The position numbers were made by a program, and so were the translations under genes. 64,000 bases of DNA, from assembly GCA_950097015.1 (NCBI GenBank), contig CATNEN010000007.1, forward strand, positions 10,354,001-10,418,000. Reading direction: 5' to 3'. The DNA comes from Macrostomum hystrix. Taxonomy: Eukaryota > Animalia > Platyhelminthes. The notes under the pieces are model-generated. The model was not told where the DNA came from and did not search any database. It saw only the letters and a list, made by a program, of their open reading frames with translations. Below, in pieces: positions 43,470 through 55,682 of this stretch (the stretch's first letter is position 1; every line of letters starts with the position of its first letter).

Positions 43470-46316
43470 ATGGAGAGTTCTCTGTTGCTGCCTGTGTTTG
43501 CTGTTTGCGCTCTGCTATTGGCCCTTGCCGGGATGCTGTTCCACGCACTCCCCAATGCGCGCAGACGAAGGCGCGTCAGCAGCGGAGGGGAGAGCCGATT
43601 CGCGCCGCGATGCAGGACGAGTCATCAGAGTCACGCAGATGAAGCGGCCAGACTAGCAGAGACTGGTCAGTGCGAAGCTATTAAAAAGCTTATTGATGAA
43701 GGAGATGTGGATCCCAATCAAAAGGACCCACGCAAAGGTAAAATGTCCAGTCCAATGCTTGTCACAGCGATTGGAAAAGGGCACGTGAAGATAGCCCAGT
43801 TGCTCTTGGCGCAGCCAGGCATCGACGTCAACCTGATCAGAGCGGACGGTACGACTGCGCTAATCATGGCAGCGAGCCGAGGACATGAAACCATTGTGCA
43901 AAAGCTGCTTGAGCGAAGTGCACTGGACATCAACGCTTTCAACAGCAACAAGTCCACTTCTCTCATCGTCTCGGCTAGGGCGGGCCATGCTATGGTAGTG
44001 AAGAGGCTGATCGATTCTGGAGCAGACAGGCTACACGTACAGTATACTGGGCTATCCGCTCTACACTTTTCTAGCCGTGAGGGGCACTTTGAAATTGTGG
44101 AGTTTATTTTATGCGGAGCCGGTGATGCCACGAAAAAAATGGTAGACGCACAAGACAAGCACGGATTCACGCCATTGATGTATACCTGTCAGCGAGATCA
44201 TTACAAGGTCGCGAGACTGCTCTTAGCGAACACTGAGCAGCTGGACCGCACAGGCAGGCACGGTACCGCTTTGCATGTCGCTGCCACACACAACAGCTGC
44301 AAATCGATGGCAGTTTTGATCGAGTCCGGCAAACTAGACAATCTTTTCAGCCGACGCGACTTCAAGGGCCGCACGGCTCTTCAGTTAGCAAAAATTCACC
44401 ACAGTAAGGATTGCGAGCTGCTGCTTCTTCGAAACTGTCATGCTCAGTCTCAAGATTCAACGTTGAACACTTTCCATCCGAGCCAGAAGCTGAGCGAAGA
44501 AACGGCCCAGCTCGCAACCGAACAATTCTCATTGCAGCTTTTCAACAGGATGCTGGACTGCGGCTTTCACCGTCGACGGGCCGTATTTCAAGCCGGAGCG
44601 GCGGACCTGCTAGCTAAGCTAGGAAACACTTCAGAGCTGCGCGGCAGGTTTGATGAACGGAAGGCTTCCGGAAGCTTCTCTGACGGATGGGGCTGCAGCC
44701 TGCAACGACTGAACGGAAGTTTAGCCTCGAGCTCGGACGTTGACATGAGCGTGCAGAGAAACGACCCTGTACATATTGAGGGCTCATGCAGTGGTGAAGG
44801 TGATTGCCGAGGTGCAGTGACTTACCAGCTGATAAACGGCTTCTTGAGACTGAAGGATGTCTGCGGCGACAAGCCAAGCAAGACCGACCTTACTGTTGGG
44901 GTCCGACCGTCCATGGACTTCTGCTCGTACAGATCTTGCTGTAAGAATCCTCCCGAACTGCAGCAAAGCATTTCAAAGTTTCCAACAGGACGATTTCAGC
45001 TTCCCAAATATCCGAAAATAGAATTTGTTCGCTCTGTTAGGCCAGAGTGCTCGGACCAGATGGAGATGCGAATTAGCTGTACCTCCCTTGAAAAGGAGAT
45101 TCTGAGACAACTGAAAACATGTCAGGGTCAGGTATTTGTTATCATCAAGTATATATTCAAGCATATTATTTCTGCAAGTGGTCTGAAGTCTTATCATTCA
45201 AAGAGTCTTATGTTTTTCCTGCTTTGTGAGATCCCAGACGATTGCTGGAAGAAAGAAAGGCTCGAATGTCTTGTGTCTACTGCCCTGTTGCGCTTTGAAG
45301 AATTCGTCAAAAGCAGCGAGGAGCATGGATCATCCACATGTATGCCGCACTTTTTCATCCCTGATGCCTGGGTGTACTTTAAGTCTGGCGCAAATGTTGA
45401 CAGGTCAGCTGTTATCAGTTGCCTGCAGAGCGCACGCACAAATTTGAGGTCCATTCTAACCAACTACATGGAAAGCCACTTGCAGCCGCTGCGAAAAGGG
45501 CGAAAGGCTCCGTTCGTGTTTTACCCTTTCAAACTTGTTGAGCTTGTGACACCATTTACGAGACCAACCATTCCGCTAACTAACTATTCGACAGTTTACC
45601 CCATGATCTTCAAAATACTGGAGGACATAGGAAATCCTGGCTTCTTCGTCGGAGATTCAGAACAACGGGAAGCGCAGTTCGAAAGCCTGTCTGGAGACAT
45701 TGACTCGTTGCCCAAATGCGCGCAAACTGCTCGCGAAGTGCTAAGAGTCCTCATGTACTTGAAGCTCGGCTGCGAGACCACCGCTTTGCGAGTGCTGACT
45801 GATGCGAAGGGAATCCGAGCCAGACGATGCGTCGACTTCAGCTGTTGGCGGACTCCTGATGATGCCAAGCGCTGCATTCTTGAGCAGCTAGTGAGCAGCA
45901 ACTCAGCGTGGAAGTTCTGCTTTTACTTCAATAGAGACTTGAACTTTCAGTTTCTCCCAGAGCCAATCCGATGCAAATTGGGAGGCCTGGAGGCGTCAAA
46001 CTGCGGCTTCTACCTGCTGCCTGGCTACATTCTGCTCGACTTTACATATTTCGTAAATTTCGACGCGATCCTAAAATCCCTCTGCCTCTGCCTGATTCCC
46101 AGTCGCTGCCCTGATCTCATCTCGCAGTGGTTTCGCGAGCTTGTGGAACTGGAAGACGCTGACGATATTTATGAGCTATTTTTGTTTGCCAAGTTCGCGA
46201 CTGACCCGGAGCAACTTCGCCACTGCCTGCTCAGAATGCAGCAACTGACAGTTACTCTTGATGACGAGTTGGATATGATCGATGAAGTGCAGAAAAAGCT
46301 CGACGGCCTGGAGTAA
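43470..46316 (+). CDS. Intronless 948-aa protein: hydrophobic N-terminal helix + ~7-8 ankyrin repeats + Mab-21/cGAS-like nucleotidyltransferase (candidate cGLR)
   Basis: Ankyrin motifs GTTALIMAASRGH, GLSALHFSSREGH, GFTPLMYTCQRDH, GTALHVAATHN. NTase motif SGSFSDG...SSDVDM. Mab-21 C-lobe MRISCTSLEKEIL, IIKYIFK, LKSYHSKSLMFFL..W, CMPHFFIP. Confidence 0.88.
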   Translation: MESSLLLPVFAVCALLLALAGMLFHALPNARRRRRVSSGGESRFAPRCRTSHQSHADEAARLAETGQCEAIKKLIDEGDVDPNQKDPRKGKMSSPMLVTAIGKGHVKIAQLLLAQPGIDVNLIRADGTTALIMAASRGHETIVQKLLERSALDINAFNSNKSTSLIVSARAGHAMVVKRLIDSGADRLHVQYTGLSALHFSSREGHFEIVEFILCGAGDATKKMVDAQDKHGFTPLMYTCQRDHYKVARLLLANTEQLDRTGRHGTALHVAATHNSCKSMAVLIESGKLDNLFSRRDFKGRTALQLAKIHHSKDCELLLLRNCHAQSQDSTLNTFHPSQKLSEETAQLATEQFSLQLFNRMLDCGFHRRRAVFQAGAADLLAKLGNTSELRGRFDERKASGSFSDGWGCSLQRLNGSLASSSDVDMSVQRNDPVHIEGSCSGEGDCRGAVTYQLINGFLRLKDVCGDKPSKTDLTVGVRPSMDFCSYRSCCKNPPELQQSISKFPTGRFQLPKYPKIEFVRSVRPECSDQMEMRISCTSLEKEILRQLKTCQGQVFVIIKYIFKHIISASGLKSYHSKSLMFFLLCEIPDDCWKKERLECLVSTALLRFEEFVKSSEEHGSSTCMPHFFIPDAWVYFKSGANVDRSAVISCLQSARTNLRSILTNYMESHLQPLRKGRKAPFVFYPFKLVELVTPFTRPTIPLTNYSTVYPMIFKILEDIGNPGFFVGDSEQREAQFESLSGDIDSLPKCAQTAREVLRVLMYLKLGCETTALRVLTDAKGIRARRCVDFSCWRTPDDAKRCILEQLVSSNSAWKFCFYFNRDLNFQFLPEPIRCKLGGLEASNCGFYLLPGYILLDFTYFVNFDAILKSLCLCLIPSRCPDLISQWFRELVELEDADDIYELFLFAKFATDPEQLRHCLLRMQQLTVTLDDELDMIDEVQKKLDGLE

Positions 46317-47470
46317 TGAATGCAATGTTTTCATGCTATCTTACAGGAATAACACTACTTACAGCTAGTATGATGAGAATATAATTTGAGCTGCTAACTT
46401 TTGCATGTGTTATTCCTGTGCTTATGGGAGCTGGGATCCAGTGCATAAAGCTAGCACTGGATTCGAGACTAATTTTCTCACAGCTGACTCGCTTTTTGCA
46501 TCGCATTGTCTTGTCAATTCTCATTGTTGGATTATTGGCTGATTATTATTGTCCGCTTACTCGCACTCAATTGAATCTTCTGAGCCGATTTTGAGCTCGC
46601 TCCTTTGTTACGGTCTGTCTGTGCTCTGGTCTGTGTTTAAAATAATAAAACAAAATTTTTTTCTGTATATTCATTTCAAAATAATTAATTTCATGTCCTT
46701 TCAATTTCGAGCCAATCACTCTGCTTGTAAATGTACTTGTTGATAGCCAAGCTTCCTCAAGCAAAGCTGTGCAAATAGTGTAATATATTAGTGTAGTTTA
46801 AAAGCTGTACATTAGACAAAGGAAGCCGGTTTAGTTGACGCAGAATGGAGATGCCGAACGAGGATTACTAATTAAAAGTACACCCGGGCTTATAAACAAA
46901 AAAAAACTGAAAGTATTATTCACTATGAAATTATTGCTTTGATTTAAAGTTAGCTTGAGTCTTGGAAAATTTCACATGCAGTTACTGGAAAAATGAGCGG
47001 TGTTGGGCCAGCCGAGTTACAAATATACTGGTAGAAGCGTCAAATGAGTCGAGCAAAGCATTGCCAGCAATGTACAGTTGAGTTCATGAAAATCCTAGCT
47101 AGGACCCAATCAGTCGAACTTTCTACATGAAAGCTACGAAGAGGACTGAAGAAAATTTATTTACTTCATTACTATGTAGTGTCTCTGCTCTGTGCGTGTG
47201 CGGGCCTGGGGTGAGAGGCAGTCCAGCTGCCGCCCCCTTCCCCGCTTGGCTTGCGGCTGTGTGTGAGGTGCCTGTGTTCAGGGGTCCAGATGGCGCGATG
47301 GGCGACTCCCGCCTAGTTCGCCGGCCTAGGGGCATGCCGTTCCTGTGTTTGTGCGTCAAGTGCCCCAGGCCCCCCTGCAATTTAAAAAAAATATGTGGTG
47401 TCTCTACTTTATATCTGTCTGACAATCGAGCATTACAGCAATAATAGTAGTATTAATTTATGACACCTCA

Positions 47471-47603
47471 GACGCCACACCCACCCTCAATTACCCCAGC
47501 TAATGCTGGTACCCAATTTAACAGCTGGGTGAACTGAAGCAATGCAGAGTTGTTCCAGTGGAGTTGGGAATCGAACCCCCGACCTTCAAGTCGTGAATCC
47601 GAC
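47471..47603 (-). mobile_element. SINE family 1 copy
   Basis: Reverse complement has the B box GGTTCGATTCC and the core gcttcagttcacccagctgttaaattgggtaccagc. Confidence 0.75.
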
Positions 47604-48507
47604 TTCAAATATGAGAAATATACAATAAGAACCTTCTTCCCCATCGCCGTCTCACACGGACTCCACTCCAGCATAAGATAACTGTGTCGTAGCAAATATA
47701 CAATAAGAACCTTCTTCCCCATCGCCCTGTCTCACACGGACTCCACTCCAGCATAAGATAACTGTGTCGTAGCAAATATACAATAAGATATCGAATTGCC
47801 TGACAAAGCGGCAAGATGCAAATTAAAAAAAAGCAATACTGTGATTATAAATGCCATAAATGTATTTTCTATACTACTTACGGATGAAAACAAGTAGTAT
47901 ATATAGTATGCGCATGGATTGCATGATTCTCAAATACTCAACGTACATTTATCACTAACAACTTACACTCTTTCGGAATTTGAACGGGCGGTGCTATTTT
48001 TATTTGAACTACACTTAAATAAGAAGTGGACCTCGTTTTTAACTTATTTTTGGGCACCTACTGCACAATCTGTTCTCATAGGTAAGTCACTCAGTATATG
48101 TTTCAACTCTGCATGGATTGCAGATTTCTTGTACATACGTGGATCATGCTCAGGCTAAAGACTTTCTGAGTGTTTAAATGTAGAGTAGGAGTGATATCGA
48201 AGGGTATCGAACACAGACGTCAAATAAGGCAAATAAGGATTTAAAATAAAAAACTACAAAAAGCAATGACGCGTGGTCCAATGCTTCCTTGGCTCTGGTC
48301 TGAAGTGCAGGTCAGTCAGTTCTGTTCCTGTCAGGTTGCAATTCATTTATTTGCATGTCATTTTGGAAGTCATTGAAACTTTCATCAATTTGGAAGCCTT
48401 GATTATGCTTGCAAAGTCCTGATCAAAGGGGTATAAAGATAGGAAATGCGGTCTAGAGCATAGACTAATTATCTGTAGGGCTATTGTTAGGTTGGAGGCG
48501 GAGCAGC

Positions 48508-50322
48508 TTAGAAGTGGCGCGACAGCGAGAGCAGCTGCTGCTCCATGAACTCGGGGGCCCAGCCAGTCAGCAGCAGCACTGGCCGGATGGTCCACGGGGT
48601 GGCCAGCTCGCGCAGCCGGCCCACCGGCATGGCAGCAATGTCCCTGGCGGTGTCCTCCGGCGAGGCGAAGGGCAGGCTCACCTTGTAGTACTGGCTGCTC
48701 GGCCGAGCGGTGAATGGGAGAGCAAAATTAATGGGCGAAATGACTTATAAAACGGAGCTTTTGAACTGCTGAGAAGATGAGATTAGATGTGGGACAAGCT
48801 GTTGAGAAGATGAGATTAGATGTGGGACAAGCTGTTGAGAAGATGAGATTAGATGTGGGACAAGCTGTTGAGAAGATGAGATTAGATGTGGGACAAGCTG
48901 TTGAGAAGATGAGATAAGATGTGGGACAAGCTGTTGAGAAGATGAGATTAGATGTGGGACAAGCTGTTGAGAAGATGAGATTAGATGTTGGACAAGCTGT
49001 TGAGAAGATGAGATTAGATGTGGGACAAGCTGCTGAGAAGATGAGATTAGATGTGGGACAAGCTGTTGAGAAGATGAGATTAGATGTAGGACAAGCTGCT
49101 GAGAAGATGAGATTAGATGTGGGACAAGCTGTTGAGAAGATGAGATTAGATGTGGGACAAGCTGTTGAGAAGATGAGATTAGATGTGGGACAAGCTGTTG
49201 AGAAGATATGATTAGATGTTGGACAAGCTGTTGAGAAGATGAGATTAGATGTGGGACAAGCTGCTCAGCTCACGGAATGGCCCGTCGCGCGCTCTCGGTG
49301 CCGATGCTGCCCAGCACGGCCAGGCCGGCGTGCACAGCCGAGCCGTTCATCGCCAGCTCCTGGCGCAGCGCCGAGAAGAAGCCCTCCAGAGCGCGCTTGG
49401 AGGCGCAGTACTCGTAGCAGTAGGGAATGGGCAGGCGGGCTGCGGCCGAGGACACCAGCACGAGGCTGCCGGCGGACTTCTCCAGGTGCGGCAGGGCGGC
49501 TCTGGCTGCCTCCGCGTAGCTTAAGTAGTTCGTCTGCATGGCGGCACGCTGGGTGACAGCCGAGTCTGGGGCCGCCCGCGGCAGCGTGGCAAACTCCGAC
49601 GGGCTGATGTGATTGACAGCCACAATGTCCAGACTGCCGTCCATCGCTGCGGCGGCGGCGGTCACGAGGCGGGCGGCTTCGCCAGGCTGCGACATGTCGC
49701 CGGCGATCGGGTGCACGCTGGCTGCGCCGCGGTGGCGGCACTCGGCGGCCACCTGCATGGAGGAGGCAGGGGGAAAATCAACAAGAGAGAAGAGCAGGGG
49801 GTGGGAAGAGCAAGGGGTGGGAAGAGCAAGGGGTGGGAAGAGCAAGGGTGGGAAGAGCAAGGGGTGGGAAGAGCAAGGGGTGGGAAGAGCAAGGGGTGGG
49901 AAGAGCAAGGGGTGGGAAGAGCAAGGGTGGGAAGAGCAAGGGGTGGGAAGAGCAAGGGGTGGGAAGAGCAAGGGGTGGGAAGAGCAAGGGGTGGGAAGAG
50001 CAAGGGGTGGGAAGAGCAAGGGTGGGAAGAGCAAGGGGTGGGAAAAGCAAGGCATGAGAAATCCCTTGTCCCGCACCTTCTGCAGCGAGTCCAGACTCCT
50101 GGCGTGGATGGTCACGTGAGCGCCCAGCTCGGAGTAGACGTACGCCAGGGCCTCACCGATGCCCCTGCTGGAGCCGGTGACCAGAACCCGCTTGCCAGCA
50201 GAGTTGTCCCGGCTGGCCCGGTACCAGCTGCCGGCCCACAGGTCGAACAGGAGGCTGCGGGCCAGGCCGAATGCCAGCAGGCAGAGCGGCAGGCCCAGGA
50301 TGGCCTTGGCTAGCAGGTGCAT
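48508..50322 (-). CDS. Short-chain dehydrogenase, 11-beta-hydroxysteroid dehydrogenase 1-like, 303 aa
   Basis: Exons 50322-50077, 49752-49274, 48694-48508. Motifs VLVTGSSRGIG, LDIVAVNHI, NYLSY, SSAAA, YCASKRALEGFFSALRQEL. Confidence 0.88.
48768..49266. repeat. 33-bp minisatellite, ~15 units (SDR intron 2)
   Basis: gctgttgagaagatgagattagatgtgggacaa. Confidence 0.95.
49788..50052. repeat. 15/16-bp G-rich minisatellite (SDR intron 1)
   Basis: gggaagagcaaggggt. Confidence 0.95.
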
Positions 50323-50579
50323 CGCGGCTGAAACTGGGCGGTTTCGGGGGCAGCTGATTCTACCATAGACAGGAGAGCAAAGTGCACAGCGGTTGTTTTT
50401 AGTCACAATGAGTTAGCAATTTGCGTTAAGAACGTGAATGCATGTATAACTAGTTATTAGATCTTCCTGTTTTCCCCGAGAAAAAATATCCTGCCCTCTT
50501 CCGACCTCTACTTACTATCACCTCTAGTTCTACCCCATTAGATCTCAAATCCTCTCAACTCTACCTGCCTTGATCTCCA

Positions 50580-50695
50580 AAACTCAACTCGCTTCGATCC
50601 AAATCCCCTAAACTCAACTCGCTTCGATCCAAATACCCTAAACTCAACTCGCTTCGATCCCAAATCCCCTAAACTCAACACGCTTCGATCTCAAA
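50580..50695. repeat. 30-bp repeat, ~4 units
   Basis: aactcaactcgcttcgatccaaatccccta. Confidence 0.85.
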
Positions 50696-51257
50696 TCATG
50701 TTATATTTTCTCCCTCAGATCTCAAATTTCCTCACCTCTAGTCTCATGGATCTCAGTCTCAATCCCAAAATTCAATTTTAGACAATTAAATCCAAATCTT
50801 TCAGGAATTAACAGTGAAAGCACTGAAGCACTTTCTCAAGTCTCATTTCTGGTCACAAAACACTTTCAACAAAAGGCACCTTCAGACAGCACGAAAAACC
50901 ACTGCTATGCCAACAGCAAGCAGAGTTCAAAACTGTATTTGAGACATGGCTAGACCAGTCTAAAAAAACAAGAAAAAATGAAGCAAAGCAGAGCGCTGTC
51001 TAACAAAAGGAGCCCAGATAGATAATCAAAGCAGACTTGCCTGCTACAGTCATAGAAAACAGAATGGTCAGCTAGCACAGCCAAGATACATCTCTTCCAA
51101 AAAGAATGCTATGAAAAGAGAGAAAGGTAAAATTGTTTATCACAGCTACAACTTAAGCACAGGACAGGTTAAAGTCTAATTTAAAAGAACTTCAAAGCAA
51201 AAACTTAGCTAAATAGCAAGCAAACAGTTGCAAGTATGCAGCGGATAATATAAGGGA

Positions 51258-51680
51258 AAGTGTGGGGAAATCTGTGTGGGATGGGTGTGGGTAAATCTGT
51301 GTGGGATGGGTGTGGGGAAATCTGTGTGGGATGGGTGTGGGGAAATCTGTGTGGGATGGGTGTGGGGAAATCTGTGTAGAATGTGTGTGGGGAAATCTGT
51401 GTGGGATGGGTGTGGGGAAATCTGTGTGGGATGGGTGTGGGGAAATCTGTGTGGGATGGGTGTGGGGAAATCTGTGTGGGATGGGTGTGGGGAAATCTGT
51501 GTGGGATGGGTGTGGGGAAATCTGTGTGGGATGGGTGTGGGGAAATCTGTGTGGGATGGATTTGGGGAAATCTGTGTGGGATGGGTGTGGGGAAATCTGT
51601 GTGGGATGGGTGTGGGGAAATCTGTGTGGGATGGGTGTGGGGAAATCTGTGTGGGATGCGTGTGGGGAAATCTGTGTGCG
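51258..51680. repeat. 25-bp G-rich minisatellite, ~17 units
   Basis: tgtggggaaatctgtgtgggatggg. Confidence 0.95.
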
Positions 51681-51778
51681 GTGGGTGTGAAAAGTGAGCC
51701 TCTAAAAACAGATTTCGCAGCAACATCGTCAATAGTTCGAGTCATTAACAGTGCCGAGTCTCCAGGACTACTGAAGGC

Positions 51779-54700
51779 TCAGAAGAACGGAGTCACGCCC
51801 TCTGGCCACTCTACCTGAGCGCCGGGCCAGCGAGTCTGAATGAGGCGCTCCAGCAGGTGGCCCCGCTGGTGCTGCTGGTGCTGCAGCTGCTCATCGTCTT
51901 CCTCAGCAGCTGGATCTTCGGGCGAGGCGGTGGAAATTGCCGCCGATATCGGCAGCGGCTGCGACTGACGTCGCCGGCGCTGCAGCTCCTCCTGCTGCTG
52001 CTCCTGCAGCATCTGGCGGTAGCGGCGTCGGGCCGACTTACGTGCGGTGGCCACCCGGGCGAGGCGGGTGTCCACGGACAGGCGGCAGGGCCGGAACTGG
52101 CTGGCCAGGCCGGTGTAAAAGTGCAGGTGGAAGGCGGTCTCGGAGCGCCAGTGCTCCATGAGGCGCGAGTGCGTGCTGAACAGGAGGCCGGCCTGGCCGC
52201 GGTGCCGCACCAGCCAGATTGGGAAGCGGGGCGAGCGCAGCATGGAGCCCACGGCTGGCCGCGCCTGCAGCCGAGATTCCGCAGTGGGATTTGGATAAGG
52301 GTTTGAGGATTCTGCTGAAGCTTCTAGTGAGGCAGTGGGGATTCTAGTGAGGCAGTGGGAATTCTAATGAGGCAGTGGGGATTCTAGTGAGGCAGTGGGG
52401 ATTCTAGTGAGGCAGTGGGGATTCTAGTGAGGCAGTGGGGATTCTAGTGAGGCAATGGTAATTCTAATGAGGCAATGGGGATTCTAGTGAGGGAGTGGGG
52501 ATTCTAGTTTGGCAGTGGGGATTCTAGTTTGGCAGTGGGGATTCTAGTGAGGCAGTGGGAATTCTAATGAGGCAATGGGGATTCTAGTGAGGGAGTGGGG
52601 ATTCTAGTTTGGCAGTGGGGATTCTAGTGATGCAGTGGGGATTCAAGGATTTTTCACCTGTAGCAGTCCAACGTCAGGCCGCTCAGCCAGTCCTGTGCGC
52701 GGAGCCGGCAGCGGGGCTCCTGTATCCTGGTCAGCCAGTTGGCACCCATTGTGCAGGTAACGGCATGCGCTGCCAGTCAGCAGCAGGGCGAAGGCGGGCG
52801 TGGCCAGCTCCTCGTTATCGTTCAGCAGCGACGTCTTCGACGCGCCGTCCCAGTCGGCCTGAATCCGGAGGAAGCCGCGCGACAGGACCAGGCAGTAGAG
52901 GAACAGCAGGCAGCCGGGGTGCGACGGCGAGACGAACTGCGGGAGCGGCGACAGGGATTCCCCAATATGCTATTTCTAACAACAACTAAAAGCGCCCGCA
53001 GGCAAGCATCAGGAATAACATAATGCAGATATGAATGAGTATTCATAGATGATTTGCTGTGCATGAGTGTGCAGCATTAAAGTGTGATGACAAACCAAAT
53101 ATAACCAATTGAAAATCTGGAAAGCAGATAGCAGAAAGTCAGATGTGCAACAGAAATAAAAAAATCTGTGACTCCTGAAACTCTTAGAGAAAAAAGTGAG
53201 GTGCTTGAAGGAGCAGAGATAGGCAAGTGAAATGAGCGGCTTGTGTTACCTTCCCTGCCAGACGGACGGCTGAAAGGACATTCATTTTATTAATTAATAA
53301 ACTCTGCGAACAGACTGTCACTGGAATGGGGTGGCCGTGAACAGACAGGAATTGGGTGGCTGTCACTCTGTGAACAGACTGTCACTGGAATGGGGTGGCC
53401 GTGAACAGACAGGAATTGGGTGGCTGTCACACTGTGAACAGACAGGGATTGGGTGGCTGTCACACTGTGAACAGACAGGGATAGGGTGGCTGTCACACTG
53501 TGAACAGACAGGAATTGGGTGGCTGTCACACTGTGAACAGACAGGAATTGGGTGGCTGTCACACTGTGAACAGACAGGGATAGGGTGGCTGTCACACTGT
53601 GAACAGACAGGAATTGGGTGGCTGTCACACTGTGAACAGACAGGAATTGGGTGGCTGTCACACTGTGAACAGACAGGAATTGGGTAGCTGTCACACTGTG
53701 AACAGACAGGAATTGGGTAGCTGTCACACTGTGAACAGACAGGGATAGGGTGGCTGTCACACTGTGAACAGACAGGAATTGGGTAGCTGTCACACTGTGA
53801 ACAGACAGGAATTGGGTAGCTGTCACACTGTGAACAGACAGGAATTGGGTAGCTGTCACACTGTGAACAGACAGGAATTGGGTGGCTGTCACACTGTGAA
53901 CAGACAGGAATTGGGTAGCTGTCACACTGTGAACAGACAGGAATTGGGTAGCTGTCACACTGTGAACAGACAGGAATTGGGTAGCTGTCACACTGTGAAC
54001 AGACAGGAATTGGGTAGCTGTCACACTGTGAGCAGCTCACAAAGTTCTCCAGCCGCCGGAGTCCGTCGAGCAGTTCGGGCAGGGAGGTGAAGTAGAACAG
54101 ATGCAGCCGCTCCGTGAACCCGTCCACCCGGTACTGGTCGTCGCTTGTCACGTGACACTCGCCAGACGGCGCAGCCAGAGCTGCCCGGCGCCCTTCGCCG
54201 GCGCGCCAGAGAATGTCAGCCAGAGCCTCGAGCAGCAGAGCCGGCCGGCGGGCCGACTCCAGGGCCAGCAGGTGGGTGCGGAACCGCTCCGGACAGTCCG
54301 GCGGGAACAGCAGGCGGCGGAGCAGCTGGGCCTGGACGCACAGCACGAGTGCCTGGGTGGCGTCCCGGTGCGCCAGCAGGCCATAGGGGTGCGGCCCTGC
54401 CGCCTCCTGGAAGGCGAAGTGGGCGCGGTGCCACTCCTTGCAGAATGGATGCACGGCGTTGCCGAAGGTGACCTGGCGAAGGCGCAAGGCTTCGCTGCGG
54501 CTGATTGGTGCCCCGCCGAGCATCCGGTGGAAGCTGGCGACGCCGGAGCGCTGAATGGGCGGCAGCGGCGCCGGCACGGTGTAGGCCGGCCGCAGGCCAA
54601 GCACGATCTTCCGGCGCGGCTGGGCCGGCTCGCCCTCCGCCTCCGGTGGCATCGGCAGGGTGTCCTCGCGTTTCAGCGCCACCCTGTCCGACTCTGACAC

Positions 54701-55319
54701 CGCCGGCTGCAGGGGCCGAAGACCACTTTTCTGCCTGACAGGTTTGGGCGGCGGAATGAGAGCACTCAGTCCCAACTAGCCAGTTCCAGCTAGCCAGTCC
54801 TAATTAGCCAGTCCCAACTAGCCAGTCCCAACTAGCCAGTCCCAACTAGCCAATCACATCTAGCAAATCACAACTAGCCATTCCCAACTAGCCAGTCCCA
54901 GCTAGCCAATCACAACTAGCCAGTCCCAGATAGCCAATCACAACTAGCCAGTCCCAGCTAGCCAATCACAACTAGCCAGTCCCAGCTAGCCAGTCCCAAC
55001 TAGCTAATCCATTTAGCCAATCACAACTAGCCATTCCCAACTAGGCAGTCCCAACAAGCCAGTCCTGACAAACAGAAGTAAGTTTGAGAATATCATAAAT
55101 AAACCAGATTGATCCCATATCCCACCTGCGCAGAAAGCTGGCCTCCTTAAATGTCGGGTTCTCCACAAAGCTGAGCAATCGGTGCAGCCCGTTTGAGTCC
55201 ACCTCGAGGCGCTTGCGGCTGTTCAGCGACTCCCAGAGGCGGGCCCGGTCACGCTGGAAGGCGTCCTCGCTGTCCCAGCCGTCTGGCCTTTGCTGCTGCT
55301 GCTGCTGCTGCTGCTGCAT
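51779..55319 (-). CDS. MINDY-4/FAM188B-family protein, MINDY4B-like (catalytically inactive type)
   Basis: Exons 55319-55126, 54734-54041, 52936-52658, 52264-51779. Motifs YGLLAHRDATQALVLCVQA (no GGPCG), GCLLFLYCLVLSRG, LLLTGSACRYLHNG, VGSMLRSPRFPIW, LERLIQTRWPGAQVEW. Confidence 0.82.
52322..52645. repeat. 20-bp minisatellite
   Basis: attctagtgaggcagtgggg. Confidence 0.95.
53307..54030. repeat. 33-bp minisatellite
   Basis: gaacagacaggaattgggtggctgtcacactgt. Confidence 0.95.
54767..55062. repeat. 14-bp minisatellite
   Basis: agccagtcccaact. Confidence 0.9.
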
Positions 55320-55682
55320 CTCAGCTGTTGAACTGAAAATTAAAGCCGAAAAGTGCTCAGAAATTTTTTACCGCACATTCCTCAATAACATTCACACTAG
55401 ATGGCCTAAGACAGCCATCTACGGTCGTAACTTAAATACAAAAGGCTTCCTGTTTGACCAGAAAAAAATAAAAGAAGCACAGAGAGAGAGAGCAAATTTC
55501 AATTAGAAAGTACGAGCTACATGTGTAATTATTAAAAAAATCATATAAAATAAAAAAACGTGTCATACCAATAATTAGCATTGCAAACACACGAGAGTAA
55601 CTGCGGCTGCTGACAACTTATCGCTCAATGCTACCACTATCTGTCTTAACTTTCCTTTGAATTTGACCCTACCGCTCTCAAG

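Noticed and set aside
49270-50406. 378-aa ORF as a single-exon SDR with a proline-rich insert
   Set aside because: The insert is an intronic minisatellite bounded by GT (50076) and AG (49753) that happens to stay in frame.
53363-54040. Cys-rich VCSQCDSHPIP repeats resembling zinc fingers or metallothionein; similarly QLGDHC at 28021-28395 and CQSHR at 61061-61402
   Set aside because: These are translations of non-coding minisatellites lying beyond splice donors or between genes.
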